The position numbers and the translations under genes were made by a program. Shown here piece by piece: positions 62,325-64,000 of a stretch of DNA of 64,000 nt. Origin of the DNA: an uncultured Eubacteriales bacterium (lineage in GTDB: Bacteria; Bacillota; Clostridia; Christensenellales; Aristaeellaceae); NCBI GenBank assembly GCA_902781095.1, contig CACZHW010000010.1, forward strand, positions 3,120 through 67,119, given 5' to 3'. How positions within the stretch are numbered: the stretch's first letter is position 1; the number at the start of each line of letters is the position of its first letter. A model generated the notes under the pieces. That model ran no database searches. It saw only the letters and a program-made list of their open reading frames with translations, and was not told the origin of the DNA.

Positions 62325-62948
62325 TCAAATCAAAAACAGAATAAACAAGCCGAGGTACATCGCGGCGCCGGCAATGTTTCCCGCGCCTGAAATGTTGAAC
62401 GGCGCCTGCAGCAGAAACAGCGGCAGCAGATTGAACACGCACGCCCACGCGGAAAGCGGCGTCATTCCCGCCACCACCGGTATGAAATGCGCGACCGAAA
62501 ACAAGACAATTCCCGCATAGCAGCCGATCATCGTCGCTGAGGTCTTTCCGAAAAAGTCGTTGGTCAGCTTGCGCCCTTCTTCGGTGTGATCGCTTTTGAT
62601 GTAGATCCATTCCGCAGCGCAGCCCAGGATATGATGCGCCAGACCGAAGGTGTAGATCATCGCAGCTCCGACGATCATGATATTCGCCCACAGGGCGGAA
62701 TAAGGACGCATCCAGATCCCCAGCGCAAGGTACCCAAAGAACTGCAAGAACATGGCGAGCGTGCCAAGAACGATCGAACGCAAAGGCTCACCCTCGGGCT
62801 TTGCCCCAAAAAGCTTCACCATTCGTTCGTTATCCTTCATATCCGCAAAACTGAATGAACCGCCGGGCGTGCAGAGCAGCAGTCTGTCGGCGACCACGCA
62901 AAGGATATGTCCGATCATCGCAATGAGCAAAATCCAACTGTGTTCCAT
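62325..62948 (-). CDS. hypothetical polytopic membrane protein
   Basis: About 207 aa with 6 predicted TM segments. Start set at MEHSW, 7 nt after GGAGGT. Confidence 0.55.
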   Translation of the reverse strand: MEHSWILLIAMIGHILCVVADRLLLCTPGGSFSFADMKDNERMVKLFGAKPEGEPLRSIVLGTLAMFLQFFGYLALGIWMRPYSALWANIMIVGAAMIYTFGLAHHILGCAAEWIYIKSDHTEEGRKLTNDFFGKTSATMIGCYAGIVLFSVAHFIPVVAGMTPLSAWACVFNLLPLFLLQAPFNISGAGNIAGAAMYLGLFILFLI

Positions 62949-62989
62949 GTTCATACCTCCTTCGTTTTCACCTTGCATATCCGGCCCTG

Positions 62990-63919
62990 TCAGATTTGTC
63001 TGAGAAGCGCAATCTGTTGGCCAAAGTCCCGTCTGCTCTCTTTAAACACCGGCGCGGACGCGTAGCAGTGCATCATGCCCGGCTCAATGTGCATGTGCAT
63101 TTTCTCTGCGGCACCGCCCCGCTCATAGCCGTGCTGGATCGCGTCCGCAACGGCGGAACATGCCTCGTCTGTGTAGAATACACAGGTCTCCGGAGCGTGA
63201 TGAAAATTCATGTCGGCAGGATACAGAAGCCAATCCGGCGTATCCGGCGCGAGCTTCATCGTAAGGGCCAGCATCCAGCGGAACGCGCCGGGCGTGATCA
63301 TCGCGTCGTCCCGTTCCAGCGCCGCCGCCCGCTTCCATTCTTCCTCTGTTTTGGGATAGGCGAAGGGAGAATTCATGATCAGAAGCTTTGGCATTTCCAC
63401 ATGCGCTTTCGCCTCATCCGCGTTGTTCCGGTTGATCCATGTCAGAAGCTGCATGGCGAGAAACCCGCCGTAGGAGCTGCCGAGGACGGCAACCTTGGCC
63501 GCGCTGTATTCCTTCACCATATCCCGATACACGTTGAAAATGAAATCGGCCGTATTGGCCGGTGAGGCTTCCGTGAACGGCAGATAGAGCGGATAATATA
63601 CATCCATCCCCGCCCGTTTTCCGTAGGCTCTGGCGAAGGCCACCTCCGCCTTCCACGCGTCGTGATTTCCGCCGCCATGGAGATACAGAATCGCTTTCCC
63701 CGCCTGGTTCTCAGGTCTGATTACCAGACAGGGGTATTGCCCGACCTGAATTGTCTGATAGGCAGCCTTCCGATCTGTCGGTTCCTGATAGGGATGCTTT
63801 CGGTTATAATCCCTCGCCCTTCTGAGCTCTGCATCCAGATCCGCACCCGGGCCTTTGATCAGACCTGTTTTCTTGATCCCACGCATGGCCGATACCACGA
63901 TTTTTGTGCCAAGACTCAT
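62990..63919 (-). CDS. alpha/beta hydrolase (HSL-like, fold-3 esterase/lipase)
   Basis: LHGGG oxyanion motif and GSSYGG nucleophile elbow. Start set at MSLGTK after a GGGAGAG RBS. Confidence 0.75.
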   Translation of the reverse strand: MSLGTKIVVSAMRGIKKTGLIKGPGADLDAELRRARDYNRKHPYQEPTDRKAAYQTIQVGQYPCLVIRPENQAGKAILYLHGGGNHDAWKAEVAFARAYGKRAGMDVYYPLYLPFTEASPANTADFIFNVYRDMVKEYSAAKVAVLGSSYGGFLAMQLLTWINRNNADEAKAHVEMPKLLIMNSPFAYPKTEEEWKRAAALERDDAMITPGAFRWMLALTMKLAPDTPDWLLYPADMNFHHAPETCVFYTDEACSAVADAIQHGYERGGAAEKMHMHIEPGMMHCYASAPVFKESRRDFGQQIALLRQI

Positions 63920-64000
63920 GGATACATCTCTCCCTGCAAAAACGCCAATGCTTTCTTTGAAAACGCCTCCAGGTGCATCATGACAGCTGGTCATACTTGG

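Noticed and set aside
1-64000. CRISPR arrays, tRNA/rRNA genes, IS elements, integrases and prophage blocks
   Set aside because: I scanned the intergenic regions and ORF products. There are no regularly spaced repeats, no cloverleaf-like or rRNA-like segments, and no transposase or recombinase motifs. DUF5131 is the only 'phage-like' gene, and it stands alone.

Overview
This is a densely coding chromosomal segment that looks Firmicutes/Clostridia-like. Sample lines I counted by hand give about 60-67% G+C. The taxonomic guess rests on the dprA-topA-trmFO-hslV-hslU gene order, a T-box leader, GGAGG ribosome-binding sites and TTGACA/TATAAT-type promoters. All functional calls come from motifs I recognise in the supplied translations; no searches were run.

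Core content, in order:
- queH and an NAD salvage operon (pncB-nadE-nadD-like)
- two MATE/MOP transporters and guaB
- a minimal polysaccharide module (priming phosphotransferase, DUF4422 glycosyltransferase, MOP/MATE protein)
- a LarA-family racemase homolog coupled to an aminotransferase, followed by an amino-acid ABC transporter
- a hexuronate catabolic operon (uxaA-uxaC-cupin-eda)
- a CNNM/hemolysin-family protein, HU, a flavodoxin-like protein and manA
- a Y-family polymerase with a YolD-like partner, and a CDF transporter
- metF with a split metH
- pfkA, hslVU, trmFO, topA, dprA and gpsA
- a cysteine desulfurase, asnB behind a T-box leader, and glnA

I saw no rRNA, tRNA, CRISPR array, integrase or transposase.

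The observations most worth a second look:
1. A 1.3-kb strongly AT-rich single-gene island at 23.1-24.4 kb. It encodes a Cys-rich protein with a C-terminal Vsr/DUF559-like nuclease signature.
2. An orphan CARF plus PD-(D/E)xK (Card1/Can2-like, DUF1887) gene with no cas genes, CRISPR array or cyclase nearby.
3. A lower-GC six-gene minus-strand operon at the window end: methyltransferase, two ATC-hydrolase-family paralogs, two membrane proteins and an alpha/beta hydrolase.
4. A tandem 43-bp repeat plus a run of hairpins in front of pncB.
5. An XRE-HTH fused to a complete desulfoferrodoxin, downstream of a DUF5131 gene and a translationally coupled 40-codon ORF.

The many long ORFs antisense to recognisable genes are treated as high-GC artefacts.
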